DNA of 64,000 bases from Rubripirellula sp. (GCA_965216875.1 OZ244207.1:1472001-1536000); one strand, 5' to 3'. Counted from the stretch's first letter, positions 8,263 to 18,148 are shown. Notes: a model not told the origin generated them from the sequence alone. Program-made: numbers and translations.

Positions 8263-9714
8263 CTACTCTTCAAACGTAAGATTCGTTCCGATCACTTTTG
8301 TGAGCTCTTTTCTTGCTTCATCCGTGAGGATTGATCCAGGGGGACGCTTCAGCGTGCGTTCGATATCTCGGAGACAACGTCCGACCACTTCGCAAAAGAT
8401 TGGATTCAAGTCGTCCCACGTGTTCCCGCCGATGTGACGTGTCACGAGGACATCGGGCAGGACTTCATTTAGTAGGACTTGGACGGCAGCACCCTCCTCT
8501 TTCTCGGTGCCAGCCTCTTTGTCTTCTTCGTCTTCGTCACGGACTAAATGGTCGACGCTCCGATGCGTCAACCCACCGCTCATCTCGGGACAAAGTCGGA
8601 GCAGCGGATGCCTTTCCGCGAGCACCGTTGGGTTGTTTTCGCATCGCGCGTCGAGCAAGTCAGATGCCGCGCGAATGACCTTTTTCGAGACGGCCTCAGC
8701 GACATCGTGTTCGTTCCATATCGCGTGTCTTGCGACGTTGATCAACAGCGGCAACGGGCCCTGATCACTACCCATTGCGGAAATCAACTCCTCGTTGACG
8801 ACTCCCAAAGTGTTTTGGGCTTCCTTGAGGTGAATGGACACGATGTCGCGATTGTTGACGGCGGCCGAGAGTGTTTTGCAGGCCGTGATCCAGATGGCCT
8901 TGCCATTGGAAGACCTGAATTTGCATTCCAACGTGGTGTCGTCGTCGTTGTGTTCAACGTACTCCAAACTCCAGTTTCCCCAGCCGGTCGATTTCCGAAC
9001 AAAGACGACCAGGTGTTCAAGGATCTGGGTCTCGTTCATGTTTTCGTATTTGTAGTGGAATCCAGAAAAACGATTCACTCCACAGATCACAAGACGCTGG
9101 AACAGAACGTTCACCTGGTTGCCCATCCCAAGAAATGACCAACTTTTTGAAGCGAGGCGACGACTCTGTTCCAGTCCGAAGACAAGAAAGTGGGGAAACT
9201 CCGTTTCGTCTCGGTGAGCGGTATACGCCATTCCCCGCGCGTTGGTCGTCAGCGGTCGAAACGCTTCCATGGCAAACCAGAGGGTCAAATCGACGACCGC
9301 CTCACTATTGGTCGTGACCGTGGCTGCATGAGCGTGGGAATTGTCCGGCCTTGCCTGGGCTTTGAGGCTTGGCTTGAGTCCAACCGAGAGCGAACCCAGG
9401 ACAAGGGGCACGGCTGGATCTCGCTGAAGACCAGCTATGTAATCGCCAAGGTTGTTCCCACCGGTTGTAGGCCTTGAAATAATACACGTAGCATTTGCGA
9501 TCGCCTCTTGATCGTCAGAGCTGTAGTTGGCGCTGGAACTCTCTTGGATTTGATAGAGCCTGATGTTGTCGTTCGCGTTTAGTTTCCGCAAAACGCGCAG
9601 CCCAGCGAGCAGTCCAGAGATACCGTTATTCAACGGAGCCGAATCAAGCGAGCCGGTCACATTAAAGGGGACCGACAACGGCAGTACGACGACTAATGGA
9701 GGTTTCTCTTGCAT
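8263..9714 (-). CDS. Divergent D-2-hydroxyacid dehydrogenase (SerA/CtBP-like) NAD-binding protein
   Basis: Ordered family motifs: NSEAVVDLTL, RLASKSWSFLGMGNQ, DIVSIHL...TLGVVNEELISAM, LLINVARHAIWNE, AASDL, DVLVTRHIGGNT. Start ATG 9714 inferred; the ORF is open to 9876. Confidence 0.7.
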   Translation of the reverse strand: MQEKPPLVVVLPLSVPFNVTGSLDSAPLNNGISGLLAGLRVLRKLNANDNIRLYQIQESSSANYSSDDQEAIANATCIISRPTTGGNNLGDYIAGLQRDPAVPLVLGSLSVGLKPSLKAQARPDNSHAHAATVTTNSEAVVDLTLWFAMEAFRPLTTNARGMAYTAHRDETEFPHFLVFGLEQSRRLASKSWSFLGMGNQVNVLFQRLVICGVNRFSGFHYKYENMNETQILEHLVVFVRKSTGWGNWSLEYVEHNDDDTTLECKFRSSNGKAIWITACKTLSAAVNNRDIVSIHLKEAQNTLGVVNEELISAMGSDQGPLPLLINVARHAIWNEHDVAEAVSKKVIRAASDLLDARCENNPTVLAERHPLLRLCPEMSGGLTHRSVDHLVRDEDEEDKEAGTEKEEGAAVQVLLNEVLPDVLVTRHIGGNTWDDLNPIFCEVVGRCLRDIERTLKRPPGSILTDEARKELTKVIGTNLTFEE

Positions 9715-10069
9715 GTGCCCCGTGGACCCGCGTGCCTCGTGTCTCAACTCCGGTTGCAGGGTGAGAATAGGAACGCCCGCATGCAACCTTTCGCCTCCAG
9801 CCAGGAAAGCTAGAACGAATATAGTAGCTACGCGAATTCGGTCATCAATTGGACAAAAGACCATCTTGTATGCCAATTTCGGGAGGTGCTCGATGTGTAT
9901 GCACTCCTAATGACACACAGTAGCAAGTCTGGTTCATAACGCCAATATAATTCGCGGATAATGCGACAGAGCGTCGTGCCTCCGTGATAGAATAGTGGTA
10001 GGTCAACCGCGAGCTTGGCGTTAAAGACACACGGGATTGCCTGGATTGACATACAAAGAAGCGAGGGCC

Positions 10070-10741
10070 TTACTTGACGTCAAGAGCCTGTTTCAAGGGG
10101 CAGGTCTTATCCAAGTCCCGCTCGCTTCGATAACCGTCGAGTAGATGTTTCGATCGCTGCGCCAGCATTCGGCGCACTTCTCGGCGTTTCCCCTTCACGC
10201 GGGGGATCTTCATGTTGTCGTACGCGGTCGTCTGATGACGCATCCAAGCGATCACGGCCGCTTCCGCACGCTTTTCGACCGGGATGCGTTTGGTGCGAGC
10301 AACCGTGCCGCTGCCAACGGGCGTCGCATGCTTGGTCACTGCACGAGCAAGCTTTTCCGCGATGTCGTGGTGGGCCGGATGAAAGTCGAGGTAGCCGAGC
10401 ACCTCGCCATAGAACTCGTCGACATATTCCGTTTGGACCTTTTGGCGACGTTTGGCGTCGGAGGCTTTTCGTTTTGCGTAGGCATCAGTCGATCGCTCGG
10501 CATCCAAGTCTGCGCGAATCTGGTTGATCGTTTCGGCGGGCGCCCAAACGCCTTTGGAAAAGGTGCGACGCCCTTTCTTTTCCTGGACCACCCAATGCTC
10601 GCCAGCCGCCTTCACTCGCCGCGTCATTCCTGCATCTCCCGGTGGCAATAAAGCCCAGCCCTTCGGGACGGAGATGACCTTCCCCTTCGAATCACGAACG
10701 GTTGAATCGGTGGGGCCCGGTGAGAAAGCATCTTTTGTCAT
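10070..10741 (-). CDS. DUF2293 domain protein
   Basis: HATPVGSGTVART and AVIAWMRHQTTAYD signature. Confidence 0.8.
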   Translation of the reverse strand: MTKDAFSPGPTDSTVRDSKGKVISVPKGWALLPPGDAGMTRRVKAAGEHWVVQEKKGRRTFSKGVWAPAETINQIRADLDAERSTDAYAKRKASDAKRRQKVQTEYVDEFYGEVLGYLDFHPAHHDIAEKLARAVTKHATPVGSGTVARTKRIPVEKRAEAAVIAWMRHQTTAYDNMKIPRVKGKRREVRRMLAQRSKHLLDGYRSERDLDKTCPLKQALDVK

Positions 10742-10894
10742 GAATGTTCGCAACTCCTTGCATTTCAATTGCGACAAACCCTACACGGCGGCGCGTGCAC
10801 AAAGCAACCTGATCACAAAACTTGATTGCCCGCTGGCCAAACACTACCATTAGACGTTGTGTCTAATAATGCGTTTTCCGCGAGGAAGTCTTTG

Positions 10895-11779
10895 ATGTTC
10901 ACGGCCCGCCTGTCACTTGTCTTGTCGATGGTTTTCGGCAGCACGTTGGTCGCAAACGCACAACAATCGGACGAAACGCCGACAGAAGAGGTGCGCAAGT
11001 TATGGATGCAGCGGTATGCGCACGATGCAGCGGCCTATGAGATGTTTCGCCTTGGTGAAAACAAAGAATTGCTCGACTTGGTCAAGACGCCGCTACTGAC
11101 GTTCACCAATCCGATTCGTATTCGCGACACTCATGGTGCTGCGTACGTTTGGACGAGCGATGGTCGACCCGAAATTGTAGGCGCAATCTGGTCGGTGATT
11201 AGTCCACAAGATGCCGAGCGACGGCACGTCTCGCACGAGTTTCATTCGTTGTCGCTGGCGCCGATTGTTTCTGCGCATGAGCCGCGAACCAGCCAGCGCG
11301 GGGTGGTCCCCGATTGGAATGCCGGTGAAGCGGGCATTGAGCGCAAAGACATCCCCCAAGCGGATCGTCCCGTTCCGTCGCCTCTGCGGAGGCTAACGCA
11401 GATGCGCCGGCTTGCCCGGCGATTTGTCGCCCATATCCCGGAGGGCACGCCCGATGGTGCGGGCTCGCTTCGGTTATTGGCTCAGCCTCTCTATCGATAC
11501 GACAGTGACAAGCACGGCGTCATTGACGGCGCCCTGTTCGCCTACGTGATGGGAACCGACCCCGAATTGATCTTGTTGATTGAAGCGGTCGGGGATGACC
11601 AGGATGCGAAGTGGACCTTTTCGGCGGCGCCGTTGAGTAACTTGCCGATGTTCCTAACGGTCGACGAGAACCGGGTTTGGGAATGCCCACGCGCACAGCC
11701 GTTTGTAGGTCATCTACCCCATTTCATGTACTGGGGCGTCTCGTTGCACGGCAAGAAGCCAACAATCCCGACCGAGTAG
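10895..11779 (+). CDS. Secreted planctomycete-type hypothetical protein
   Basis: Signal peptide. LRLLAQPLYRY...DGALFAYVMGTDPELILLIEA motif, seen in planctomycete hypothetical proteins. Confidence 0.7.
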   Translation: MFTARLSLVLSMVFGSTLVANAQQSDETPTEEVRKLWMQRYAHDAAAYEMFRLGENKELLDLVKTPLLTFTNPIRIRDTHGAAYVWTSDGRPEIVGAIWSVISPQDAERRHVSHEFHSLSLAPIVSAHEPRTSQRGVVPDWNAGEAGIERKDIPQADRPVPSPLRRLTQMRRLARRFVAHIPEGTPDGAGSLRLLAQPLYRYDSDKHGVIDGALFAYVMGTDPELILLIEAVGDDQDAKWTFSAAPLSNLPMFLTVDENRVWECPRAQPFVGHLPHFMYWGVSLHGKKPTIPTE

Positions 11780-11830
11780 GTCATGCTCCGCATGACAGAA
11801 GGAGATCCGCAAGGCTGAAGCTAAAGACTT

Positions 11831-12033
11831 CGTAGCTACCTTCGCCAGAAGGTGGGCGCGTTGGTTTTGCGGTGTCCACCACACCACGCTCTGGCGAGCG
11901 TAGCTACGGTGCGTTTGGAAGCCACAGAGTTCACGGAGAGCGAATTCCGATTCTTTCGTAGCTACCTTCGCCAGAAGGTGGTTGCGTTGGTATTGCGGTC
12001 TCCGCTACCCCACGCTCTGGCGAGCGTCGCTAC
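11831..12033. repeat. Two tandem REP units (GTAGCTAC family)
   Basis: gtagctaccttcgccagaaggtgg...ccacgctctggcgagcgt(a/c)gctac at 11831-11908 and 11957-12033. Third copy, inverted, at 22110-22187. Confidence 0.85.
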
Positions 12034-14951
12034 TACTCTTTCTCGATTGGCTTTCGCTGAGCCATCAAATAGGCCAGCAAGTCGGCTGCGCTTTGCGGCG
12101 TCATTCCGGACAAGAGTTGTTCTGGCATCGCCGATTTGTCGGCCAGTCGCATCATCTCGATATCGTCTTTGTCGATGGTGTGTTTCTTGCCTTTTGCGTC
12201 GGCAACAATCACCTGCTCGTCGTCTTCTGACACGATGATGCCACTAAGGACTTCACCGTCAAAGGTGAGCACTTGTTTCGACTGAAACTTCTGGTCGATC
12301 TTTTCGGAGGGACGGACAATGCTTGCCAACAACTCAGCTGGCTTTTGTTGCAATCCTATCGAACTCAAATCAGGGCCAATCGCTTGACCGACTTTGCCGA
12401 TTTGATGACACGAGCGACAGCTGACATCTTTGGCCGTTTCGAACAACGCTCGACCACGTTCGACGTCTCCTGCGATGGCCAACAGTTCCTTTTCGTTGAT
12501 GCTCGCGCCAAGGCGTTTGATACGTTGTTCCTCGGGCAGATAGTGCTCGAACAGATCTCGCACCATCGCTTCGGGGTGACTGACCGCAACTTTGATGATT
12601 GCGTCTTTGGTCGGCGAATCGATTTCACCGTGAGCACAGGCCAAAGAGAGTGCCATGGCACCCGGCAATGAACCAAGCAACGAGTCGACGCTGTCAACGT
12701 TCCCCTGTTTGATTTCGGCGATGGCGGCATTGAAGTGCGATTCGTCGGTCGTGCTTGAGCCAAGTGATTCAACCCAATCGGACATCAATTCGACACCTTG
12801 GTAGTCAATCGTGCTCGATCCAAACTGCGGCATATGCCCTCGCCCAGCTTTGAGCATGCGATACAGAAGGACGCTTCGATACTTGTCTCCCTTGGCGACG
12901 ACGCAGGCGTCTTTGAGGCCGAACGTTCCTTGTCCGGGCGGTGCATCGAGGAATCCGTTCACCTCGAGGGATTCGGTAATGTCGAAGCTGAAGTTCGCTG
13001 TGCCGCCGCCGAGTTTTCGGTGGCAACTGGAGCAGTTCAAAGACAGATAAGAGCGTGCACGATCTTCGAGTGATCGCGTTGGGTCGTGGGGCGACGCGAT
13101 GGTTTGGGGGCGTGGCAATTCTTCGCCGAACAGACCGACTGCCGTGATCCGATCAAGTTGGTTCGTACCGTCAATGTTGATGTTGAGTTGTTCGGGCCAA
13201 AAGCCGTGGACCGTGCCGGCCGACCAAATATGGCATAGCAAACATTCACTGCGACTGGCGTGACGCCAAGTTTGTGTTCGCGTACCACCGGGGAAGGTCG
13301 CATCTTGGATGGTGAGTTTCGATTCGACCGCGTCATCCGGCTGCAAAATCGCGTCGGTTTGCTCTTCATTCCAGATGTAATTGTAGGCCCGCCATTCTTC
13401 ATTGAACTTGTGAAGCAATTGCGTTTCGATGTGCCGTTGTGAAGAGGGGTCACCGGCGCGGGTAAAGTAGCTGACCGTTTTCGCCACCACCGTATCGATC
13501 GGAAAGACAAAGCGTCCTTTCGATTGCCCGGTCTTCCAATCGGCCGTTTTGAACAACGTCAGCTGCTCGGAGCCAGGGACACCGATCCATTGCCGCGAGT
13601 GTGTGCCGTCGCCCCAGTGATGCGCACTGATGTCGTACTCGACGACACCCTCGGCCGGTTGTTGGGCGGCAACATTGGCAAACAAACCGGTCTCGCTCAG
13701 CTTGCTTGGGAAAGGCAGGTCGGATTTCGTTTGGACGTTCGGGTCCAATCGCAAGATGGTTCCGTCGTAGGCCACGATGTAGACCTCGCCGTCTGGACCT
13801 TCCATGAAGCTAATGACGCGATGCGGCGTATCGACCAGCTCCTGTTGCCAAACGACTTCGTCCCCTTCGTATCTCAGTCCCCACACCTTTCCGGTCATCC
13901 AGTCGCCGTACAGGTAAGCTCCCTTCAATTCGGGGATGCGATCGCTTTGCCAGAAGTAGCCGCCAGAGATCGATCGCGAGTCGAGGTGGTTGTGTTCGAA
14001 CAGTGGTGGTGTGATCGGTACCGGTGGCACTTCGTCAGGTTTCACCTGTTGACTGCCCTCCATGATGCTCCAACCGTGATTGCGTCCTTTGAGCACACGG
14101 TGGATCAGCTCGCGTTGTTCCCAGCCCACGTCGGCGGCGAGCAAATCGCCTGTGTTTGGATCAAAGGCAATCTTCCATGGATTGCGAAAACCGAATGCCC
14201 AGATCTCGGGGCGCACCCCTTCTTGGCCGACAAACGGGTTGTCATCAGGGACACGGTACGGCTGGTCCTCGGTGGGATCGTCAACGTCGATACGCAAGAT
14301 GGACGAACGCAGGTCACTGCGATCCTGGCCCGTGTTGTCACCATCGGGTGGGTAGGGAGGTTGACCGTCACCAATCGAGACATAGAGCATCCCATCAGGA
14401 CCAAACTGCATGCTCGAGCCCACGTGTCCGGGGCTCTTCCAGCGAGCGAGGATCGTCATGCTTTCGCGATCGAATGTTGGAACGGTTGGGTCCAACACGC
14501 GCAGCCGTCCAAGGTGATGGCCTTTACCCGCTTGCTGCTGGTTGGTGAAGACGAAGAAACACCAGGGTTGGTTTTTTTGGTCGTAATGAAACTTGGTCGT
14601 GTACGCCGTTCCGACTCGTTCGGAGTGAACGTCGCTAAGGTGCATCAGGTGGGTCGCGACCGCGTTTTCAGGATCGTTGTCAAACGAAACGATGTGCCCG
14701 CCCGCGTGGTTGGCAATCCACTTTTTCGCATCAGGCAACCAAGTGATGTCGGTTGGATGATTGAGTTCGACTTTCGAAAAAACGCGAGTCGTTTTGTAGG
14801 GCAGCGGTGGCTCGGGGCTTCCGGTCACTCGCGACGCCGTCCAAGGTGTGACGCGCGACGAAGGCGCTTGGCCGCACGCGGTCGCCGTGACAACAACCAG
14901 AAGCGCTAATAGAGATAGACGCAGTCTGCCTGCCAAACGAGATTGGTTCAT
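12033..14951 (-). CDS. PQQ-dependent glucose/sorbosone dehydrogenase-like propeller fused to multiheme cytochrome c domains
   Basis: FGPDGMLYVSIGDG, EIWAFGFRNPWK and GRNHGW motifs. Three CxxCH sites (CLLCH, CSSCH, CRSCH). C-terminal planctomycete heme-binding domain (IGPDLS...SAMPE). Confidence 0.88.
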   Translation of the reverse strand: MNQSRLAGRLRLSLLALLVVVTATACGQAPSSRVTPWTASRVTGSPEPPLPYKTTRVFSKVELNHPTDITWLPDAKKWIANHAGGHIVSFDNDPENAVATHLMHLSDVHSERVGTAYTTKFHYDQKNQPWCFFVFTNQQQAGKGHHLGRLRVLDPTVPTFDRESMTILARWKSPGHVGSSMQFGPDGMLYVSIGDGQPPYPPDGDNTGQDRSDLRSSILRIDVDDPTEDQPYRVPDDNPFVGQEGVRPEIWAFGFRNPWKIAFDPNTGDLLAADVGWEQRELIHRVLKGRNHGWSIMEGSQQVKPDEVPPVPITPPLFEHNHLDSRSISGGYFWQSDRIPELKGAYLYGDWMTGKVWGLRYEGDEVVWQQELVDTPHRVISFMEGPDGEVYIVAYDGTILRLDPNVQTKSDLPFPSKLSETGLFANVAAQQPAEGVVEYDISAHHWGDGTHSRQWIGVPGSEQLTLFKTADWKTGQSKGRFVFPIDTVVAKTVSYFTRAGDPSSQRHIETQLLHKFNEEWRAYNYIWNEEQTDAILQPDDAVESKLTIQDATFPGGTRTQTWRHASRSECLLCHIWSAGTVHGFWPEQLNINIDGTNQLDRITAVGLFGEELPRPQTIASPHDPTRSLEDRARSYLSLNCSSCHRKLGGGTANFSFDITESLEVNGFLDAPPGQGTFGLKDACVVAKGDKYRSVLLYRMLKAGRGHMPQFGSSTIDYQGVELMSDWVESLGSSTTDESHFNAAIAEIKQGNVDSVDSLLGSLPGAMALSLACAHGEIDSPTKDAIIKVAVSHPEAMVRDLFEHYLPEEQRIKRLGASINEKELLAIAGDVERGRALFETAKDVSCRSCHQIGKVGQAIGPDLSSIGLQQKPAELLASIVRPSEKIDQKFQSKQVLTFDGEVLSGIIVSEDDEQVIVADAKGKKHTIDKDDIEMMRLADKSAMPEQLLSGMTPQSAADLLAYLMAQRKPIEKE

Positions 14952-15149
14952 GTTGTGATCGATTTCGAAAAGGGTGAGCTGCCAAGGCTCAAGAGTATGG
15001 CAATGAGAAGCTGATATTCTAATCAGCAGCCACCCGGTTTCGGAACGTCACGGTGGTCAAGAGCCGGCTCAAGTGATGCGTGATTTGCGGTCACCATTCT
15101 AGCACTCGCGTCAAATTCTTAACTTGCCAGCAGCGTGGGCGAAACCATG

Positions 15150-15222
15150 AGCCGAACGCGTTAGCGTCGGGCCTTACGCGATTCAAAGCAAGGTGTAGGG
15201 CCCGACGCTAGCGCGTTCGGCT
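15150..15222. repeat. REP-like inverted repeat
   Basis: Arms agccgaacgcgttagcgtcgggcc and ggcccgacgctagcgcgttcggct. The 15-nt core recurs at 59796-59810. Confidence 0.7.
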
Positions 15223-15244
15223 GACGGCGGTTCGCGTTTTCTTG

Positions 15245-16579
15245 CTACGCGAAGCGACTGCTTTGAACGGGGGAGGTTTCCCATGCGATTTCACGCATCC
15301 CTCCCGAGAGAGGGAAGCGGCCAAGCGCATCGATCAGTTCGTCAGAAAGCTCTGCTGGCGATGACTCCTCGCCCTCAAGTTCGCCTGGATCAAACGGCTC
15401 ACTTGCCAACAGCTCATCGGCAATCACCTCGATGGGGCGATCATCTGGATCGGAATACGTGGGTTCCTCCGACTCGGAATCAGCACGCATCTGTGAGTCC
15501 CAAGGAGACGTGTTGTACTGGTGCAAGAAGGTGACGACGTCGGGCGCGATCGGACACGACCGGACCCAGCAGTGTGCATGTGAATAGAGCAACTGCCCAG
15601 GCCGTCGCAGTCGCAAGGATTCGTAGGGTTCTAAATCGGCTGCCGAAAGATCGTAGGCAACGATCAACGAGTCTTCGGCGTCTGATTTGCCGTCCCAACT
15701 TTGCGAAGGTAGCCCGAGTGTTTTGGCAATGGCGGCCGCCAAGATCTCTGACGACCGATCCTCGATGGCGAGCACTTGCTTGAATTCAAGTCCCTTGCGT
15801 CCGACGATTCGTACCAACTGGTTGATACCATCGTGGACGACGGACGCGTTGTCTTGGACGAAGGCGTAGCGACCGTTCATCGGTTCGGGATAACCGTAGG
15901 GCGACAGGTGTGTGAGCAGTCCGCCCGTGATGACGTAATGCCAACCGCGAAGGTCCTGCAGATCAAGCTGGCAAGCATTGCGGACTTGATCGAATCGCTT
16001 CACGAACCGGCCGATACGCTCGACCATGGATCGCGCGTCCTCGCTTTCATCGGCGAGCTCGGGCAGTTTGACGAATTGCTGGCGGCTAAGCTCCATGTCT
16101 CCCGACATCACACCGTTAAACGCCAAGTGATAGGCCAGCAGGAAATCCTCGTCAGCCATGTCGGCGTAAGTTTGCAGCAGTGCGACGGCGTCCCCACAGC
16201 GGTTCATGTTTTCTAGGCACATGACCAATTCGGAAATGATCGCTGGTTGACCGGGGGCCAAGTGGTCGGCGCGTGACAGAACCGTTGCGGCGATGCCGAA
16301 CAGTCCTTCTTCGTAAAGCATGTAACCCAAGTCGTAACTCGCCTGGATGTCACCAGGACGCTCGGCGACGGCGCGTATCTTTTCTACGAACTCGTCGGGT
16401 GCGAAATGGGTGGCGATAGTCGAAAAGATCTCGATCGCCTCGACAAATTGACGCTCTGAGCCGTCGAGGTAGTCCGAGCCGTACTCGAGGACCCAGCGAA
16501 ATTGTTGGTACGCGTCATCATGCTTGCCCTGTTCCAACGCCTTGAGCGTCTCGGCGTGGATTTCCTCGTAGCTTTCCAT
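15245..16579 (-). CDS. TPR-containing hypothetical protein
   Basis: TPR-like helices (SYDLGYMLYEEGLFGIAATVLSRADHLAPG). C-terminal alpha/beta region of unknown function. Confidence 0.65.
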   Translation of the reverse strand: MESYEEIHAETLKALEQGKHDDAYQQFRWVLEYGSDYLDGSERQFVEAIEIFSTIATHFAPDEFVEKIRAVAERPGDIQASYDLGYMLYEEGLFGIAATVLSRADHLAPGQPAIISELVMCLENMNRCGDAVALLQTYADMADEDFLLAYHLAFNGVMSGDMELSRQQFVKLPELADESEDARSMVERIGRFVKRFDQVRNACQLDLQDLRGWHYVITGGLLTHLSPYGYPEPMNGRYAFVQDNASVVHDGINQLVRIVGRKGLEFKQVLAIEDRSSEILAAAIAKTLGLPSQSWDGKSDAEDSLIVAYDLSAADLEPYESLRLRRPGQLLYSHAHCWVRSCPIAPDVVTFLHQYNTSPWDSQMRADSESEEPTYSDPDDRPIEVIADELLASEPFDPGELEGEESSPAELSDELIDALGRFPLSGGMREIAWETSPVQSSRFA

Positions 16580-16660
16580 CTTCTTCCCAACTTGTCGCAA
16601 CCGGATCGATTTTCGAATGTCCTTGTGACACGTTGAGAGTGTAACGAGTTCGGCGGCGCG

Positions 16661-18094
16661 TCAGTTGCGAACGTTCAAACCGGTTACATGGAACGTTTGT
16701 GTTGCCTTTGCCTTGACTTCGATGGGGGTCACGCGATGGGTGATGTCGCCAGGCGATGGGAAACCGTCTCCGTCCATGTCGGCAACGACCGTCAGGAAGT
16801 ACCGTCCTGGATGCAGGTAGGTGAAGGTGAACTGATCCGTTTTGCTACTGATTTCGGGAAAGGACAGCAGCCCATCAAGGAGATCCATTCGCACGTAGCC
16901 ACCTTGCGTGATGAATCTTCCTTTCGCGTCGGTGAGGGCTTCTCGCGACAAATACATGTGCAACTTTTTGCCGCGAGTCGCGGCGGTCCGGTCCACCGAA
17001 ACGGTCAACTGGGATAGGTGAGGCATCTGATCGATTCGATAGGGATCCTTGGCAATCTTGCCAAGCTCGACCAGCGATTTTCCCTTTACTTCCGACACGT
17101 AGCTCGCGGACGTCAACGGAACATCGTCCGGCCAGTTCGGTTTGGGGAGTCCCTCCGCAAAACTGCGATCGACCACATTCTTGGGAAAGCCCACGATCCG
17201 GGCAGCTTCGCGAGCAAGTTCTTTGTGGCGACGTTTCGCCTTGAACGCCATGTGTGGTTTCGGCTCGGTCAATCCGAAGCGACTCGTGTAGGCGTTGAAC
17301 TCAAGTGTCTCGCCGTAGAAGGTCAGATCCATCCACATGATGTCGCTTCCGCCGTGGGCATCGACCAATCGATAGTAGGCCCAGTTGTTGCCGTATTGGA
17401 CATCGTCCAAGACGAAATAGCTTGTGCGGTAGATTCCGTTTAGCAACCCGCCGTTGCGCGCCATGATGGTGCGAGTTCCCTTGAAATCGGTCACAAAAAA
17501 CGAGGTGAACAGATTGCCGATTGTCCCACCTTCGAAGATTCCGTGAACATGTGAGGGGGCGATTGCTCGATAGTCAAAGGCCATCCAGTCCATTTCTTGG
17601 CCCATCAGATTCATCGATCCGATCCAGTGGCCCTGCATCGATTCAAGGAGTTCAAAGCCCTGCTTGTTGATGTCGATCGGAACGATTTCTGGCGGCGTAA
17701 AGTCTGCGTACTTTTTCGCTGGTTTTCCCTGCATCGCTTTCCCCTTGTTGACGTATCCACCCTCGGCCCAAGAACGAAACATGTGCCGCATGTAGTTTGG
17801 CATCAGTCCACTCGGTGGCATCGGTTCGTCAGCATCGACGATGCGGGCGAGCAGTTTGCCTTTCTCGGTATGCTTCCGCACGTCCTCGTAGCGAGTCAAA
17901 ACAAACTCGCCTTCGGGATCGTCCCCCGCATGGCACGTGGTGCAAAAGTTTCGCACGATCGGTTCGATATCGTTCGTGTAGGAAACTTCGTTTTGGATCG
18001 ACCGCGAGCCTGATTGTGCGGCGGCTGGTGTAACGCCCGCCAGCAACGCGAATACTGCGGACCAGACTGCCGAACGCATGGAAAAGTTGGGCAT
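16661..18094 (-). CDS. Secreted protein with N-terminal planctomycete cytochrome c domain
   Basis: Signal peptide, FCTTCHAG heme motif and MPP axial Met. The rest is unassigned. Confidence 0.7.
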   Translation of the reverse strand: MPNFSMRSAVWSAVFALLAGVTPAAAQSGSRSIQNEVSYTNDIEPIVRNFCTTCHAGDDPEGEFVLTRYEDVRKHTEKGKLLARIVDADEPMPPSGLMPNYMRHMFRSWAEGGYVNKGKAMQGKPAKKYADFTPPEIVPIDINKQGFELLESMQGHWIGSMNLMGQEMDWMAFDYRAIAPSHVHGIFEGGTIGNLFTSFFVTDFKGTRTIMARNGGLLNGIYRTSYFVLDDVQYGNNWAYYRLVDAHGGSDIMWMDLTFYGETLEFNAYTSRFGLTEPKPHMAFKAKRRHKELAREAARIVGFPKNVVDRSFAEGLPKPNWPDDVPLTSASYVSEVKGKSLVELGKIAKDPYRIDQMPHLSQLTVSVDRTAATRGKKLHMYLSREALTDAKGRFITQGGYVRMDLLDGLLSFPEISSKTDQFTFTYLHPGRYFLTVVADMDGDGFPSPGDITHRVTPIEVKAKATQTFHVTGLNVRN

Positions 18095-18148
18095 GGTTGC
18101 CTCCTGAGTAGATTGTCACCCTTGCAAATCTACGGCGGGTGTTGTAAA

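Noticed and set aside
9715..9876. Signal-peptide-like N-terminal extension of the dehydrogenase homologue
   Set aside because: It depends on an upstream TTG or ATG with no clear RBS, and family similarity begins after ATG 9714. Not excluded.
2549..10069. Integrative element or prophage boundaries around the KaiC operon
   Set aside because: No integrase, transposase, tRNA or outer direct repeats were seen. Foreign origin is only a suspicion without a composition calculation.
11831..12033. CRISPR array
   Set aside because: Only two units with inverted arms and related spacers, dispersed copies elsewhere, and no cas genes. The pattern fits REPs.
13524..14909. 461-aa plus-strand ORF and other long antisense ORFs (e.g. 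38039-38959, 55611-56348, 46962-47831)
   Set aside because: They shadow well-supported genes on the opposite strand and have no recognisable motifs, as expected in GC-rich DNA.
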